Positions 42,639 to 53,086 of a stretch of 64,000 bases of DNA are shown one piece after another. The notes beneath the pieces are model-generated. The model worked only from the letters and a program-made list of their open reading frames with translations. It was not told where the DNA came from and ran no database searches. Made by a program: the position numbers and the translations under genes. How positions within the stretch are numbered: position 1 is the stretch's first letter; each line of letters opens with the position of its first letter. The DNA is from Candidatus Marinacidobacterales bacterium (GTDB taxonomy: Bacteria; Acidobacteriota; Vicinamibacteria; Marinacidobacterales; SMYC01). Where the stretch lies: the NCBI GenBank assembly GCA_965237955.1, contig OZ250169.1, positions 1,312,001-1,376,000 on the forward strand, given 5' to 3'.

Positions 42639-43517
42639 ATGAAGGTTTATCTAGATACGGTGCGGGAAGTGCTCGACACCGGCACGCGGAAAGAAAACCG
42701 CACCGGCGTCGATACGATCTCGACGTTCAACATTAATTACGAGATCGACCTCGCCGACGGCTTCCCTCTCCTGACCACGAAAAAGATCTCCTGGAAGAAC
42801 ATCATCGTCGAGAACTTGTGGTTTCTCTCCGGCGATAGAGACATCGGCCTACTCCGAAAACACGGCTGCAAGTTCTGGGATCCGTGGGCGGACGAGAACG
42901 GGCTCGTCCCGAGCGCCTACGGCAACTTCTGGCGCCATTTCCCCGTCCACGATGGCGGGCAGGCGAGCTTCAACGATCAGATCGCGTGGGTTCTCGAAGA
43001 GATAAAGCACAATCCGATGTCGCGCCGTCTCGTGGTCACGGCGTGGGCTCCCGGCAATGCGCAGACGAGCAAGCTCCCTCCTTGTCATTGCATGTTCATC
43101 TTCAACCTTCAGAACCACCGTGACGGCACGCCTAGGCTCAACCTTCACTTGACGCAGAGAAGCAATGACATCGCGCTCGGCATTCCGTACAACATCGCCG
43201 GCTACAGCTTCCTCCTCGAGCTGTACTCCCACTTCACCGGCATTCGGTCTGGCATCTTCGGCCAAACGCTCGTCGATGCGCACATCTACACCGCCAAGCC
43301 GGACGGCTCGATGGCCGAGTACGACCACGTGCCGGGGCTGAGAGAGCAGCTTTCTCGCAGCCCGCGGAGACTCCCGCGGCTTCATATCTCGCCCGACGTT
43401 CGCTCGCTCGACGACATCGAAGCACTGATGCAAGAAGACACCGATACCGTCATGAGCCATTTCGAGCTCGAAGGCTACGATCCGTATCCGGCGATCCAGT
43501 TCAAGGTCGCCGTGTGA
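42639..43517 (+). CDS. thyA: Thymidylate synthase
   Basis: RTG, FPLLTTKK, SRR, LPPCH, QRS.D, PYN, DAHIY. Confidence 0.95.
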   Translation: MKVYLDTVREVLDTGTRKENRTGVDTISTFNINYEIDLADGFPLLTTKKISWKNIIVENLWFLSGDRDIGLLRKHGCKFWDPWADENGLVPSAYGNFWRHFPVHDGGQASFNDQIAWVLEEIKHNPMSRRLVVTAWAPGNAQTSKLPPCHCMFIFNLQNHRDGTPRLNLHLTQRSNDIALGIPYNIAGYSFLLELYSHFTGIRSGIFGQTLVDAHIYTAKPDGSMAEYDHVPGLREQLSRSPRRLPRLHISPDVRSLDDIEALMQEDTDTVMSHFELEGYDPYPAIQFKVAV

Positions 43518-43993
43518 TGGTCGGGATCATCGTGGCGGTCTCACCCGAAGGGATCATTGGCGTCGACGGCGGCATTCCCTGGCACTACTCGGCCGACATG
43601 AAACGCTTCAAGCGCATCACCATGGGCTCGACCGTCATCATGGGCCGGCACACGTGGGAGTCGCTTCCCAAAAAACCTCTGAAAGACAGACGCAACATCG
43701 TGATTACGAGTCGCGATCTCGACAATATTAAAGGCGTCGATTGTTACCGTGACGTCGCATCCGCCCTAGCGAGTACAACCGGCGACGTTTGGTTCATCGG
43801 CGGTGCCCGTATCTACGAAGAAGCGATGGGTCACGCCGATCTCATCGATCTCACCTATGTGCCCGACCACATCGACGCCGCGGGCGCGGCTCGCTTTCCC
43901 GATATCGACGAAGCGGTTTGGGAGTCGGGCCCTCGCGAGCGCGCTCCCGACGACGACCGGCTCGAGCGGCAAGTCTATCGGCGACGAAATTAG
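43514..43993 (+). CDS. folA: Dihydrofolate reductase
   Basis: IPWH..ADMKRFK, MGRHTWESLP, R.NIVIT, IGGA; coupled to thyA. Confidence 0.93.
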   Translation: MMVGIIVAVSPEGIIGVDGGIPWHYSADMKRFKRITMGSTVIMGRHTWESLPKKPLKDRRNIVITSRDLDNIKGVDCYRDVASALASTTGDVWFIGGARIYEEAMGHADLIDLTYVPDHIDAAGAARFPDIDEAVWESGPRERAPDDDRLERQVYRRRN

Positions 43994-44001
43994 TCTTCCC
44001 C

Positions 44002-44400
44002 GTGAGCGACGCCCGACACGAATACGTAACCAGCCCCGAGCTCCCGGCCGCTCGCGGACCGTACTCGCCCGCGGTCACCCTCGGGAATCTCGTGATCGTG
44101 TCCGGACAAGGTGCCGTCGATCCCGCGACGGGAAAGCTCAGCGGACCCGACGTCGAGTCCCAGACCGAGCAAGTGTTCAAGAACATCGAGACGATTTTGA
44201 AGGCCGCGGGCTCCGAGTTTCAGCACATCCAGCGCTGCGGAGTCTTCCTCCAGGACATCGCCGAGTTCTCGAAGATGAACGCCGTGTATGAGCGGGTGAT
44301 GGCCGGACATCGCCCGGCGCGGACGACGGTGCAGGTGGCCGCTCTTCCCATCGAAGGCCAGCGCGTCGAGATCGACGCCATCGCATACCTGGCCAAATAG
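44002..44400 (+). CDS. RidA/YjgF family protein
   Basis: GPYSPAV, SGQ, PARTTVQVAALP, VEIDAIA. Confidence 0.9.
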   Translation: MSDARHEYVTSPELPAARGPYSPAVTLGNLVIVSGQGAVDPATGKLSGPDVESQTEQVFKNIETILKAAGSEFQHIQRCGVFLQDIAEFSKMNAVYERVMAGHRPARTTVQVAALPIEGQRVEIDAIAYLAK

Positions 44401-44465
44401 CAAACGGACGCGCTGAAACTTCCCAACTCGCCATCTGGTTGGTATGGTGGTCGAGGGGAGTACCT

Positions 44466-44954
44466 ATGGTGATTCGTTGGACGACGGTAACGCTGTTGCT
44501 CGCGGCCACCCTCTTCGGCGTGAGTGCATGTAATATTCCGGGGAAAAAGCCGGACGGCCCGCCCATCTACGCGCTTTTGCGATTGAGGCACATGGAAACC
44601 CGGGTCGAGATGTTGATCATGATGGAGACCTTCGGCGATGGGACGTGCGAAGCGGCGCTTTCTGAGTTCACCCGGGCCATCTACGAGAACGAAGACGACA
44701 TGCAGGGCTGGAAGGAGACCGAGCGCGATTGCCGCGAGGCTCTCAAGCTGCTGTACACGAGAATCTTCAACGATGAGCAAGTCCACGCGACGTATTTGAA
44801 GATCACCGTCAAAGAAGCCTGGCAGTACGAGAGTCGCATCGTACTGTACGGAATCCCCGCATCCCAAGCTCAGCCGGTGTGCCAGGAGATTGCGCGCGAT
44901 CTGCAGGGTAAGCTCCACGCGCGCACCGAGTGCGTGCAGGGCACCGAAGGCTAG
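44466..44954 (+). CDS. Hypothetical lipoprotein
   Basis: SD GGGGAG, hydrophobic signal and VSAC lipobox. Confidence 0.68.
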   Translation: MVIRWTTVTLLLAATLFGVSACNIPGKKPDGPPIYALLRLRHMETRVEMLIMMETFGDGTCEAALSEFTRAIYENEDDMQGWKETERDCREALKLLYTRIFNDEQVHATYLKITVKEAWQYESRIVLYGIPASQAQPVCQEIARDLQGKLHARTECVQGTEG

Positions 44955-44957
44955 CGA

Positions 44958-46466
44958 CTACTTCAGCGTGAGGGGGTCGCGCAGGGGGATGTGCGTGACC
45001 TCGCCGCCGAAAAACTCCATCATGTTCGCGCGATCGTCCGGGTCTCCCGGCGCGATCTCGTCCCACTTGCCCACGACGAGAAATACGACTTCCTCGGGAC
45101 TGAGATATTTCCGAGCGACCCAAAGAACGTCCTCGGCGGTGACGTCCTCGACCTGATCACGCCAGTTCTGCCAGTACGCGTGCGAGCGGCCGATGAACGC
45201 ATCGCTGGCGAAGATGTTGGCGCGCTGTCGTGCGGACTCCCATCGCCGCGGGAAAGTGTCGACGAGCGAGCTCTTGGCGACCGCGAGCTCTTCATCGGTG
45301 ACGGGCTCGGTCTGGATGCGAGTCACTTCCTCGAGTGCGATCTCGGCGGCGAGCGCAACCGTCGGGCTCTTCGACTGGAACGACACCGTGAACGTGCCGG
45401 GCTCGTAGGGATCGAACGAAAAACGTGAGCCCGCCGAATACGCCAGCCCTTCGTCGGAGCGCACCCGCTTCATGATGCGCGATGTGAACCCGCTGCCACC
45501 GAGAATGTGCTGCATGACTTGAAGCGCCGCGCGATCGGGATTGTCCCAGTCGGTCCATTGAGGAACGCGGTGGCCGATGAGCACTTTGCCTTGGGGGATG
45601 TCTTTCTCGACGCTGTAGACGCCCGGTTTCACCACGTGCGTCGGCTGCGGGGGAGGCCACTTGGCATCGGCACCCTCGCCGGGCCAATCGGCGAGATTGC
45701 TTTCGAGCGTCGCCAAAAACGCAGTCGTTTCGACATCGCCGGAGACGGCGACGACCATGTTCTCGGGGCGCCAGTACTTTTCGTGGAAGTCGATGAGGTC
45801 GGTGCGTGCGATGGCGTTCAGGCGGGCCTCGGTCATGCGGCGGCTTGCGTAGTGATCTTCGCCGTAGAGAAGAAAATCCCACTCGCGGCTGAGGATGTCG
45901 CCGGCGTCATCGTTTCTCTGGCGCATCGACTCCAGGATGTTCCCCTTCTCGATTTGAAGACGAGCCTCGTCGAAGCGTGGGTTCCGCAGCATGTCGAAAA
46001 AGAGCTCGAGACACGCGTCGAGCGCGGGCGTGATGCACCCCAAGCTCGCACCAGCCTGGGAGTCACCGCCGAAGCTCGAGATGTTGGCCGCGAGAAACGC
46101 AGCCTCTTCGTCGAACGTATCCGGGGTCATGCTGTCCGTTCCTCCGGTTCGTATCATCCGGCCGGTCAGACTCGCGAGGCCGACTTTGTCGGCCGGCTCG
46201 AGGTAGCTACCTTGCCGCAGGAGGAAGCGCAGGCTGACGAGAGGAAACGTGTGGTCCTCAGCGACGTACACTGCAATCCCGTTCGAGAGCGCGTGACGAA
46301 AGCTGTCGCCGTCGGGGACGGTGAACTCGAGCGCGTCGTAAGCGAGGTCTTCGGGACGCTCGGGAATCTCCGCAGAGGTGACGGCCATCGGCTGCGCGAG
46401 CGCGGCGCCGGAACAAACTGTACAGGCGAGAAACAAAACGGTTAGGGCACTCTGCGTAGACTTCAT
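44958..46466 (-). CDS. M16 peptidase, non-catalytic subunit
   Basis: LSNG, GS...P..K.GLA, SRIMKRVRSDEGLAY; lacks HXXEH. Confidence 0.88.
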   Translation of the reverse strand: MKSTQSALTVLFLACTVCSGAALAQPMAVTSAEIPERPEDLAYDALEFTVPDGDSFRHALSNGIAVYVAEDHTFPLVSLRFLLRQGSYLEPADKVGLASLTGRMIRTGGTDSMTPDTFDEEAAFLAANISSFGGDSQAGASLGCITPALDACLELFFDMLRNPRFDEARLQIEKGNILESMRQRNDDAGDILSREWDFLLYGEDHYASRRMTEARLNAIARTDLIDFHEKYWRPENMVVAVSGDVETTAFLATLESNLADWPGEGADAKWPPPQPTHVVKPGVYSVEKDIPQGKVLIGHRVPQWTDWDNPDRAALQVMQHILGGSGFTSRIMKRVRSDEGLAYSAGSRFSFDPYEPGTFTVSFQSKSPTVALAAEIALEEVTRIQTEPVTDEELAVAKSSLVDTFPRRWESARQRANIFASDAFIGRSHAYWQNWRDQVEDVTAEDVLWVARKYLSPEEVVFLVVGKWDEIAPGDPDDRANMMEFFGGEVTHIPLRDPLTLK

Positions 46467-48220
46467 TGGCCGCCTCCTGACTCGAGCACGGCGATCCGTT
46501 CTTGGATCGTTCTCTCGATGAGCGGAAACACTTGTTGAAACGCGGGCGGCGCTGCTTCCTGTTGCGCCGGTAGCTGGTCGAGCATCCCTCTCAATATGTC
46601 GACGTCGCCCACAGAGCGGATTTGGTCGAGCTGACCCATGATCTGCCGTTGCACTTCTGTGGGCAGGCCTTCGAGCTCTGTCGGGATCACCGCGGGCGCC
46701 GTCCCCTCGGTGCGGGAATAATGAGCCACCGCGCGATTCGACGGTTCGAAGTACGTCTTCGCGACGCGCTGGACGTCATCGGCCGTCACCACGAGGGTTT
46801 TGGCGGCCCACTCGTTGATGTACTCCCAATCGCCCATGCCGTCGTAGACGAGAAGCTGCCGCAGCAAGAAGAACCCGCTCGCGAGCCTTCGGTACGAGCT
46901 CGCCGTGATCTGGTTCTTCACTTTCTGGAGCTCGCGCTCGGGAATGGGCTCGTCGCGAATCTTGCGAAGCTCTTCCTCGAGAGCGCGTTCGAGGTGCTCG
47001 GGAGTGGCATCGCCCTTTGTCTCGGCGAAAAGCGAGAACGAGCCCGCCCACTTCCGCGACGCCTGAAAACTTCCCGCGGTGGACGCGATTTCCTGGTCGA
47101 GCACCAGCGATTTGTACAGACGGCCGCTCCTGCCGTTGAGTAGTTCCGCGAGGACGTCGAGCGCGTAGGAATCTTTGTGGCGAAACGGCACCGTGTGATA
47201 GCGAATCTCGATTTGCGGCTGACAGTCGCAAGTCGCGTCCATGCGCTTTTCCGCGAGCTGCGGCATCTCGAGGGTGACGACGTCGGGTGGTGATCGTTTC
47301 CCCTTCGGAAGCCGTCCGAAATAACGCTCGGCGAGATCCTTGACTTCGTCGAGCTCGAAGTTTCCGACAAGCGCCGCGGTCAGATTGCCCGGGGCGTAAT
47401 AAGTCGCAAAATAGTCTTTGGCCTGCGCGAGCGTGTACACCTCGAGGTCCGACGGCCATCCAACGACAGGCCAACTGTACGGGTGCGACTCCCAGAACAT
47501 GGCATCGAAGAGCTCGTCGAACCTGCCCGTGGGAGTCGATTCGGTGCGAAGCCGCCGCTCTTCGTGCACGACGTCGCGCTCGGAGTAGAACTCGCGGAAC
47601 ACGGGCCTGAAAAGCCGCTCCGATTCCATCCAGAACCAGAGCTCGAGCTTGTTCGCGGGCACGGTGATGAAGTAGACGGTGATGTCGTTGCTCGTGAACG
47701 CGTTCATCCCGGAAGCGCCGGCTTCGGTGTAGATCTTGTCGAACTCGTCCTTGACCATGACCGTCCGCTGCTGCTCGACGAGCTCGTCGAAACGACGCTC
47801 GAGCTCGACGAGCTCTCTCGGACGTGCGTCGGCGCTGAACGGGTCGTCGATCTCGCCGAGGCGGTGACGCTTTCTCTGGCTGCGGTAGATTTCGCGGATC
47901 TGTTCCTGGAGCTTTTCTTGCTCTTCCATGATCCGTCTATCCTCGACGAGGTTCGTCGTGCCGATGGTCTCGCTCCCCTTGAACATCATGTGCTCGAAAA
48001 AATGGCTCATGCCGGTAATGCCCGGACGCTCGTTTGCGGAGCCGACGTGAGCGACCCAACCGGCGCTGACGGTCGTGAGCTCGGGGCGCTGCACCACGAG
48101 AACGTTCATGCCGTTTGCGAGCTCGAACGTCTCGACCGGAACCTCGGTGATCTCCTGGGCGCCGGCCGCGGTCGTCAGGAATATCCCGACGAGGGCTACC
48201 TGTAAAATTCGGAACGTCAT
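46463..48220 (-). CDS. M16 zinc peptidase, catalytic subunit
   Basis: HFFEHMMFKG, NAFT, ERDVVHEER. Confidence 0.92.
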   Translation of the reverse strand: MTFRILQVALVGIFLTTAAGAQEITEVPVETFELANGMNVLVVQRPELTTVSAGWVAHVGSANERPGITGMSHFFEHMMFKGSETIGTTNLVEDRRIMEEQEKLQEQIREIYRSQRKRHRLGEIDDPFSADARPRELVELERRFDELVEQQRTVMVKDEFDKIYTEAGASGMNAFTSNDITVYFITVPANKLELWFWMESERLFRPVFREFYSERDVVHEERRLRTESTPTGRFDELFDAMFWESHPYSWPVVGWPSDLEVYTLAQAKDYFATYYAPGNLTAALVGNFELDEVKDLAERYFGRLPKGKRSPPDVVTLEMPQLAEKRMDATCDCQPQIEIRYHTVPFRHKDSYALDVLAELLNGRSGRLYKSLVLDQEIASTAGSFQASRKWAGSFSLFAETKGDATPEHLERALEEELRKIRDEPIPERELQKVKNQITASSYRRLASGFFLLRQLLVYDGMGDWEYINEWAAKTLVVTADDVQRVAKTYFEPSNRAVAHYSRTEGTAPAVIPTELEGLPTEVQRQIMGQLDQIRSVGDVDILRGMLDQLPAQQEAAPPAFQQVFPLIERTIQERIAVLESGGGQ

Positions 48221-48245
48221 GAGGGCATTCTACTACGTGCGCTGA

Positions 48246-50252
48246 TCACGCCCACGCCCGGGAGAGCTTCCAGAATCGCAATCGGCGGCGACTTCGGAAA
48301 TCCTGGGGGAGCATCCTTGCAGACTCGGTGACGTCCTCGGCGTCATTGAGACGTTGGAGCCGTTGATGTCCGCGTACGACGGCGTAAAGAGCGCCGTCTT
48401 CGGTGAGGAGCGCGCGCGCCTGCGGGATGATTTCATCGGGTGCGGCTGGGAGCATAACGATGATGAGCTCGTAGCTGAAAGCGTCGAGGCGTGAGTCGAA
48501 GCGGTGGCGAGTCGCTTGGAGCGCGTTCAAAGCGAAGTTCCGCTCGGCCCACGTTACCTCGGCGTTGACACACGTCACCGACTCGGCGCCGCCGGCCGCG
48601 GCGGTGACGGCTTCGGCCCCCGCGGTCGAGTTGACGCACATGACGCGCTTTCCTCGCGCGAGCTCTCGTATTCTTTCTCGCAGCACGCGGGCTTCGAGCG
48701 CAAGCCCGGTGTCGTTCGAGCCGTTCAAGTGGACTTCGAACCTGAGTCCGTTCTCGTGGACTTCCACGGTTCGCTCTAGCGTCGGACGGCCGACGACGTC
48801 GATGTGGTCGGACGGCACATCTAGGCTTGCCGCGATGGCGCTTACCATCTCGTCGAGCCAGTCTTCGTGCTGCGCCTTGGTACGACTCGTCACTCGCTCC
48901 CCTGCGGGCGTGACCAAAAAGAAATCACCATAGCGATCCACCGACAGCGGCACTTCCTTGATGTCGCGATCGTAGAGACGGTAGGCGTCGATGCCGCGTT
49001 TGGTCGGCCACTTGCGAAGATGGCGGGCGCGCTTTTTGAGCCGGTTCGCGAAGACCGCGCTTTGGCGCTCGCCTTTTTCGTCCACGCCGCCGAACGATAT
49101 GTCTCGGGAGTCTCGTGGCTTGCCGCCGGGGCGAGGTCCGATGAATTGATAGTACGTGCACTCGATCCGCCCGTTGTAGAGCTTTCGACGCCGGTCGGCC
49201 TCCTGACCGAAGAGCGCTTGGAGCTCGCGGCTCGATGTCAGGATGTAGTGCGACCACGTTTTGAATCGACGCAGGACGGCCGGCATGGATCGATAGAGCT
49301 CGCGAGCTTCGGAGGCATCGCCGAGGCGGTCGCCGTAGGGCGGGTTGGTAATGAGACAACCGTAGCTGTCATCGGATCCGATCGCATCGAAAGGCTTGTG
49401 CTCGAACCGAATGTCCTCGGCGACGCCGGCTTTGCTCGCATGGGATCGCGCGAGTGCGAGAGCCTTGGCGTCGCGGTCCGAGCCGAGGATCGGTATCGGC
49501 GATGGCGGCGTTTCGAGTGAGTGCGCTTCGTCGCGCGCGTCGGTCCATGTACGCGCCGGCAGGCTCGGCCACGACTCGGAGACGAAGTCGCGAGCAATCC
49601 CCGGAGCGCGATGGCGGGCAATGAGAGCCGCTTCGATAGGAAGTGTGCCCGTGCCGCAAAACGGATCGAGAAAAGGGCGCTCTCGATCCCAAAAGCTCAA
49701 AAGGATGAGCCCGGCGGCGAGGGTCTCTTTGAGAGGCGCTTGGCCGGCAAGCGGACGGTAGCCGCGCTTGTGGAGTCCTGCGCCGCTGGTGTCGAGAGCG
49801 AGCGTCGCTTGGTCTTTCAAAAGCGCGACTTCGACGGGAAAGCTCGGCCCATCTTCGGGAAGCGTCTGGACTTTGTGCGCTTCTTTCAACCTTTCGACGA
49901 TGGCTTTTTTGACGACCCGCTGGCACGCTGGCACGCTCGAGAGCTTCGATTTCACCGAGCGGCCGCGCACCGGAAAGCTCGCGTTGGCCGGAAGGAAGCA
50001 CTCCCACGGCGTGGCCCGCGTCGCGTCGAACAGCATGCCGAAGTCGTCCGCTGGGAACGTGTTCATCGCGATCAACACCCGATCCGAGGCGCGGAGCCAA
50101 AGGTTAGAACGGGCGATGGCGGCAGCATCGCCTCGAAACGAGAGCCAACCCGGCCGTGTCGTCCGCGCTTCGTAGCCGAGTGCCTCGAGCTCGCGGGAGA
50201 CGACGGATTCGAGCCCGAAGGTTGCCGTCGCGATGAGCGTGAGCGTTTCCAC
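48246..50252 (-). CDS. rlmL: RlmL/RlmKL-like 23S rRNA methyltransferase (THUMP + MTase, degenerate C-terminal MTase)
   Basis: LHKRGYR, APLKETLAA, DPFCGTGT, NPPYG; RlmK-like FANRL.K, YRLYDRD and DTGL. Confidence 0.85.
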   Translation of the reverse strand: METLTLIATATFGLESVVSRELEALGYEARTTRPGWLSFRGDAAAIARSNLWLRASDRVLIAMNTFPADDFGMLFDATRATPWECFLPANASFPVRGRSVKSKLSSVPACQRVVKKAIVERLKEAHKVQTLPEDGPSFPVEVALLKDQATLALDTSGAGLHKRGYRPLAGQAPLKETLAAGLILLSFWDRERPFLDPFCGTGTLPIEAALIARHRAPGIARDFVSESWPSLPARTWTDARDEAHSLETPPSPIPILGSDRDAKALALARSHASKAGVAEDIRFEHKPFDAIGSDDSYGCLITNPPYGDRLGDASEARELYRSMPAVLRRFKTWSHYILTSSRELQALFGQEADRRRKLYNGRIECTYYQFIGPRPGGKPRDSRDISFGGVDEKGERQSAVFANRLKKRARHLRKWPTKRGIDAYRLYDRDIKEVPLSVDRYGDFFLVTPAGERVTSRTKAQHEDWLDEMVSAIAASLDVPSDHIDVVGRPTLERTVEVHENGLRFEVHLNGSNDTGLALEARVLRERIRELARGKRVMCVNSTAGAEAVTAAAGGAESVTCVNAEVTWAERNFALNALQATRHRFDSRLDAFSYELIIVMLPAAPDEIIPQARALLTEDGALYAVVRGHQRLQRLNDAEDVTESARMLPQDFRSRRRLRFWKLSRAWA

Positions 50253-50334
50253 GGGGTGAAGCTAACACGGCGGGTCTCGGTTCCTGAGGTACAATCCGGA
50301 GGCTCGGAGAGAGCCAGCGGGAGACTTTGTAAGA

Positions 50335-52029
50335 ATGAAACTCTTCACGAAGAAACTAGCCCTGTCATTGGTAGCGCTCCTCGCGGTAGCGACTCAGGTA
50401 GCAGCCGAGAATGCGCCTACCCGTGCGAAACACGGCATGGTCATCTCTCAAAGCGATATCGCTTCCCAAGTCGGCGTCGATGTCATGAAAGATGGCGGCA
50501 ACGCAATCGATGCTGCGGTGGCGACAGCGTTCGCCCTTGCCGTCACGCACCCATCGGCGGGGAACATTGGAGGCGGTGGGTTTCTCGTCTTCCGTCCTGA
50601 CAGCGGGGAGCCTGCCACGATCGACTTCCGCGAGATGGCGCCGGCGAAAGCGACGGCCACGATGTGGCTCGACAACGGAGAGTACAGCGGCGATCGGCAT
50701 CATCAGAGCCACCTTTCAATAGGTGTCCCCGGCACGGTTGCCGGTATGCACATGGCGTGGGAGGAGTACGGGAGCTTGCCGTGGGAGCGCTTGCTCGAGC
50801 CGGCGGTACGGCTCGCGCGGGACGGGTTCGAGGTAAGCGACGGCCTCGCTCGATCGCTCGATCGCTCGATGGAACGGATGGGGAAATACCCCGCGACGAA
50901 GTCGCAGTTCACGAAAAACGGTGAGCCGTTCGAGGCGGGCGACATTCTAAAGCAAGCCGATCTCGGCGAATCTCTCGTGCGCATTGCCGAGAAGGGATTG
51001 CGAGGTTTCTACGAAGGCAAGACTGCGCGACTCATCGCGGAGGAGATGGCAAAAAACGGTGGTCTCATCACCGAAGAGGACCTGAAAGCGTACCGCGCCA
51101 AGAAGAGAGCTCCGATCCGAGGTACGTATCGCGGGGTCGAGATCATCTCGATGCCGCCCCCGTCGAGCGGCGGGATCGTGCTCGTCGAGATGTTGAACAT
51201 CCTCGAAGGCTACGACGTTGCCGGAGACGGGCTCGGCTCCGCGCGCAACCTCCACCGCATGGCGGAGTCCATGCGACGCGCGTACTCCGATCGCGCGCAC
51301 TACCTCGGAGACCCCGATTTCAATCCCGACATGCCCATCGAGCGGTTGACGTCGAAGGAGCATGCGGCTCAGCTCCGACGGACGATCGAACCCGATCGCG
51401 CTTCGAAATCGACTCCCGACACCTTCGAATGGCCCAAGGAGAGTCCCGAGACCACCCATTACTCGGTCGTCGACGCCGACCGCAACGCGGTGTCGGTCAC
51501 GTACACACTCGAGTTCGGTTATGGCTCGGGCATTGTAGTGCCGGGGGCTGGTTTTCTCCTCAACAACGAAATGGGTGATTTCAACGGCGCTCCCGACCTC
51601 ACCCATGAGAACGGTCTCATCGGGACCAAGCCGAATCTCGCCGCTCCCCACAAACGGATGCTCTCGAGCATGACGCCCACCATTGTCACCAAGGACGGCG
51701 AGCTCCTCATGGTCACCGGAAGCCCGGGAGGTCGTACCATTATTAATACGGTCCTACAAACGATCTTGAACGTCGTCGACCACGACATGAACGCCCAAGC
51801 TGCGGTGGACGCGGGCCGGATACACCATCAATGGCTTCCCGACCGGATCAGATACGAGCGGCAGATGTTTTCACCCGACACGCTGCACATCCTGACGTGG
51901 CTCGGTCACAACCTGGACGAGCGGACGAATCAAGGCAGCGCGCACGTGATCGTTGTCGATCAGCAAGACGAAGTGCTCGAAGGTGGTGTCGATCGCCGCT
52001 CCTCCACCAGCGTCGCCGCGTTTTATTGA
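50335..52029 (+). CDS. ggt: Gamma-glutamyltransferase
   Basis: GGNAIDAAVA, DFRE, ETTHYS, NNEMGDF, LSSMTP, GSPGG. Confidence 0.95.
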   Translation: MKLFTKKLALSLVALLAVATQVAAENAPTRAKHGMVISQSDIASQVGVDVMKDGGNAIDAAVATAFALAVTHPSAGNIGGGGFLVFRPDSGEPATIDFREMAPAKATATMWLDNGEYSGDRHHQSHLSIGVPGTVAGMHMAWEEYGSLPWERLLEPAVRLARDGFEVSDGLARSLDRSMERMGKYPATKSQFTKNGEPFEAGDILKQADLGESLVRIAEKGLRGFYEGKTARLIAEEMAKNGGLITEEDLKAYRAKKRAPIRGTYRGVEIISMPPPSSGGIVLVEMLNILEGYDVAGDGLGSARNLHRMAESMRRAYSDRAHYLGDPDFNPDMPIERLTSKEHAAQLRRTIEPDRASKSTPDTFEWPKESPETTHYSVVDADRNAVSVTYTLEFGYGSGIVVPGAGFLLNNEMGDFNGAPDLTHENGLIGTKPNLAAPHKRMLSSMTPTIVTKDGELLMVTGSPGGRTIINTVLQTILNVVDHDMNAQAAVDAGRIHHQWLPDRIRYERQMFSPDTLHILTWLGHNLDERTNQGSAHVIVVDQQDEVLEGGVDRRSSTSVAAFY

Positions 52030-52054
52030 TCCAGCCCAGCTGACAGGGCCCCCT

Positions 52055-52987
52055 TCAAGATTCCGCAGCTGCGCGGGAGCGCGACCAGCGTAGCAGGGCG
52101 CTGGCACCCGCGGCGGTGAGGACGCACCAAGCGGCGAAAAGCGCGCCTGGGAGCGCGGTCTCGGGGCCGAAGTGCGTCAGCGCGAGCGCGACACCCAGGC
52201 CCGCGTTCTGCATCCCGATCTCGATCGAGAGCGCAAGCCGGTGACGGAAGTCGAATCGATAGAGCTTCGCGAGGTTCCAGCCGACTAGATAGCCGAGCGC
52301 ATTCACGAGTACGACGTAGCCGAAGACGCTGGGACCCACCGTAGCGATGCGCGGCTGGTTCGCGGCGACCGCGTATGAACAAATCACGACGATGGCAACG
52401 GCCGCGATCGCGGGACAGATTTGCTGGGCGTGCCGCAGGTAGGGACCGAGGAAACGCCTCACGCCCATGCCGAGAACAAGAGGCACGAGCACGGTCTCGA
52501 CGATCGTTTCGAACAGGGGCCAGAACGCGACCGGCATGAACGCGCCGCCGAGCCATTGCACGAGAGTAGGCGTCAACAGTGGAGATAGGAACGTTGCCAC
52601 CGTCGTCATTGCGATGGAGAACGCTAGCGCGCCTCCGGCCAGATAGACGATGACGTTGCTCGCCATGGCACCGGGTGCCGCGCCGACGATCACGAAACCG
52701 AGCGCGAGCTCCGGTGGGAACCCGCTGACGGTCGCGACGATGAATCCGAGCAGAGGCATGACAGTGAACTGCGTGAGGACGCCGAGCAGCACGCGCTGAG
52801 GGTGTTCGAGCGTGCGTTTCAAATCGTCGGGCTCCAACACCACACCGAGAGCAAGCATCGTCGCGGCAAAGAACCATAGAAACGTATCCGCAAAGATGAG
52901 AAACGACGGCGGATAGAGGTAGGCGACGACGGCGCCCACCAGCGTCAGCGGCGCCAACTGCTTCGAGAGGAAGCTGAACAACTGCAT
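52055..52987 (-). CDS. Bile acid:sodium symporter family transporter
   Basis: QFTVMP, PGAMASNV, SIEIGMQNAGL; likely start MQLFSFL. Confidence 0.9.
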   Translation of the reverse strand: MQLFSFLSKQLAPLTLVGAVVAYLYPPSFLIFADTFLWFFAATMLALGVVLEPDDLKRTLEHPQRVLLGVLTQFTVMPLLGFIVATVSGFPPELALGFVIVGAAPGAMASNVIVYLAGGALAFSIAMTTVATFLSPLLTPTLVQWLGGAFMPVAFWPLFETIVETVLVPLVLGMGVRRFLGPYLRHAQQICPAIAAVAIVVICSYAVAANQPRIATVGPSVFGYVVLVNALGYLVGWNLAKLYRFDFRHRLALSIEIGMQNAGLGVALALTHFGPETALPGALFAAWCVLTAAGASALLRWSRSRAAAES

Positions 52988-53086
52988 GGACCGAGCGACG
53001 ATAGCACAGCAGCTGGCGACTGGAAGCCGGCTGGAGCACAATGGGCTGGTGTCCAGTAGGGCGGACAAGCCCGATGACAATTAGCA

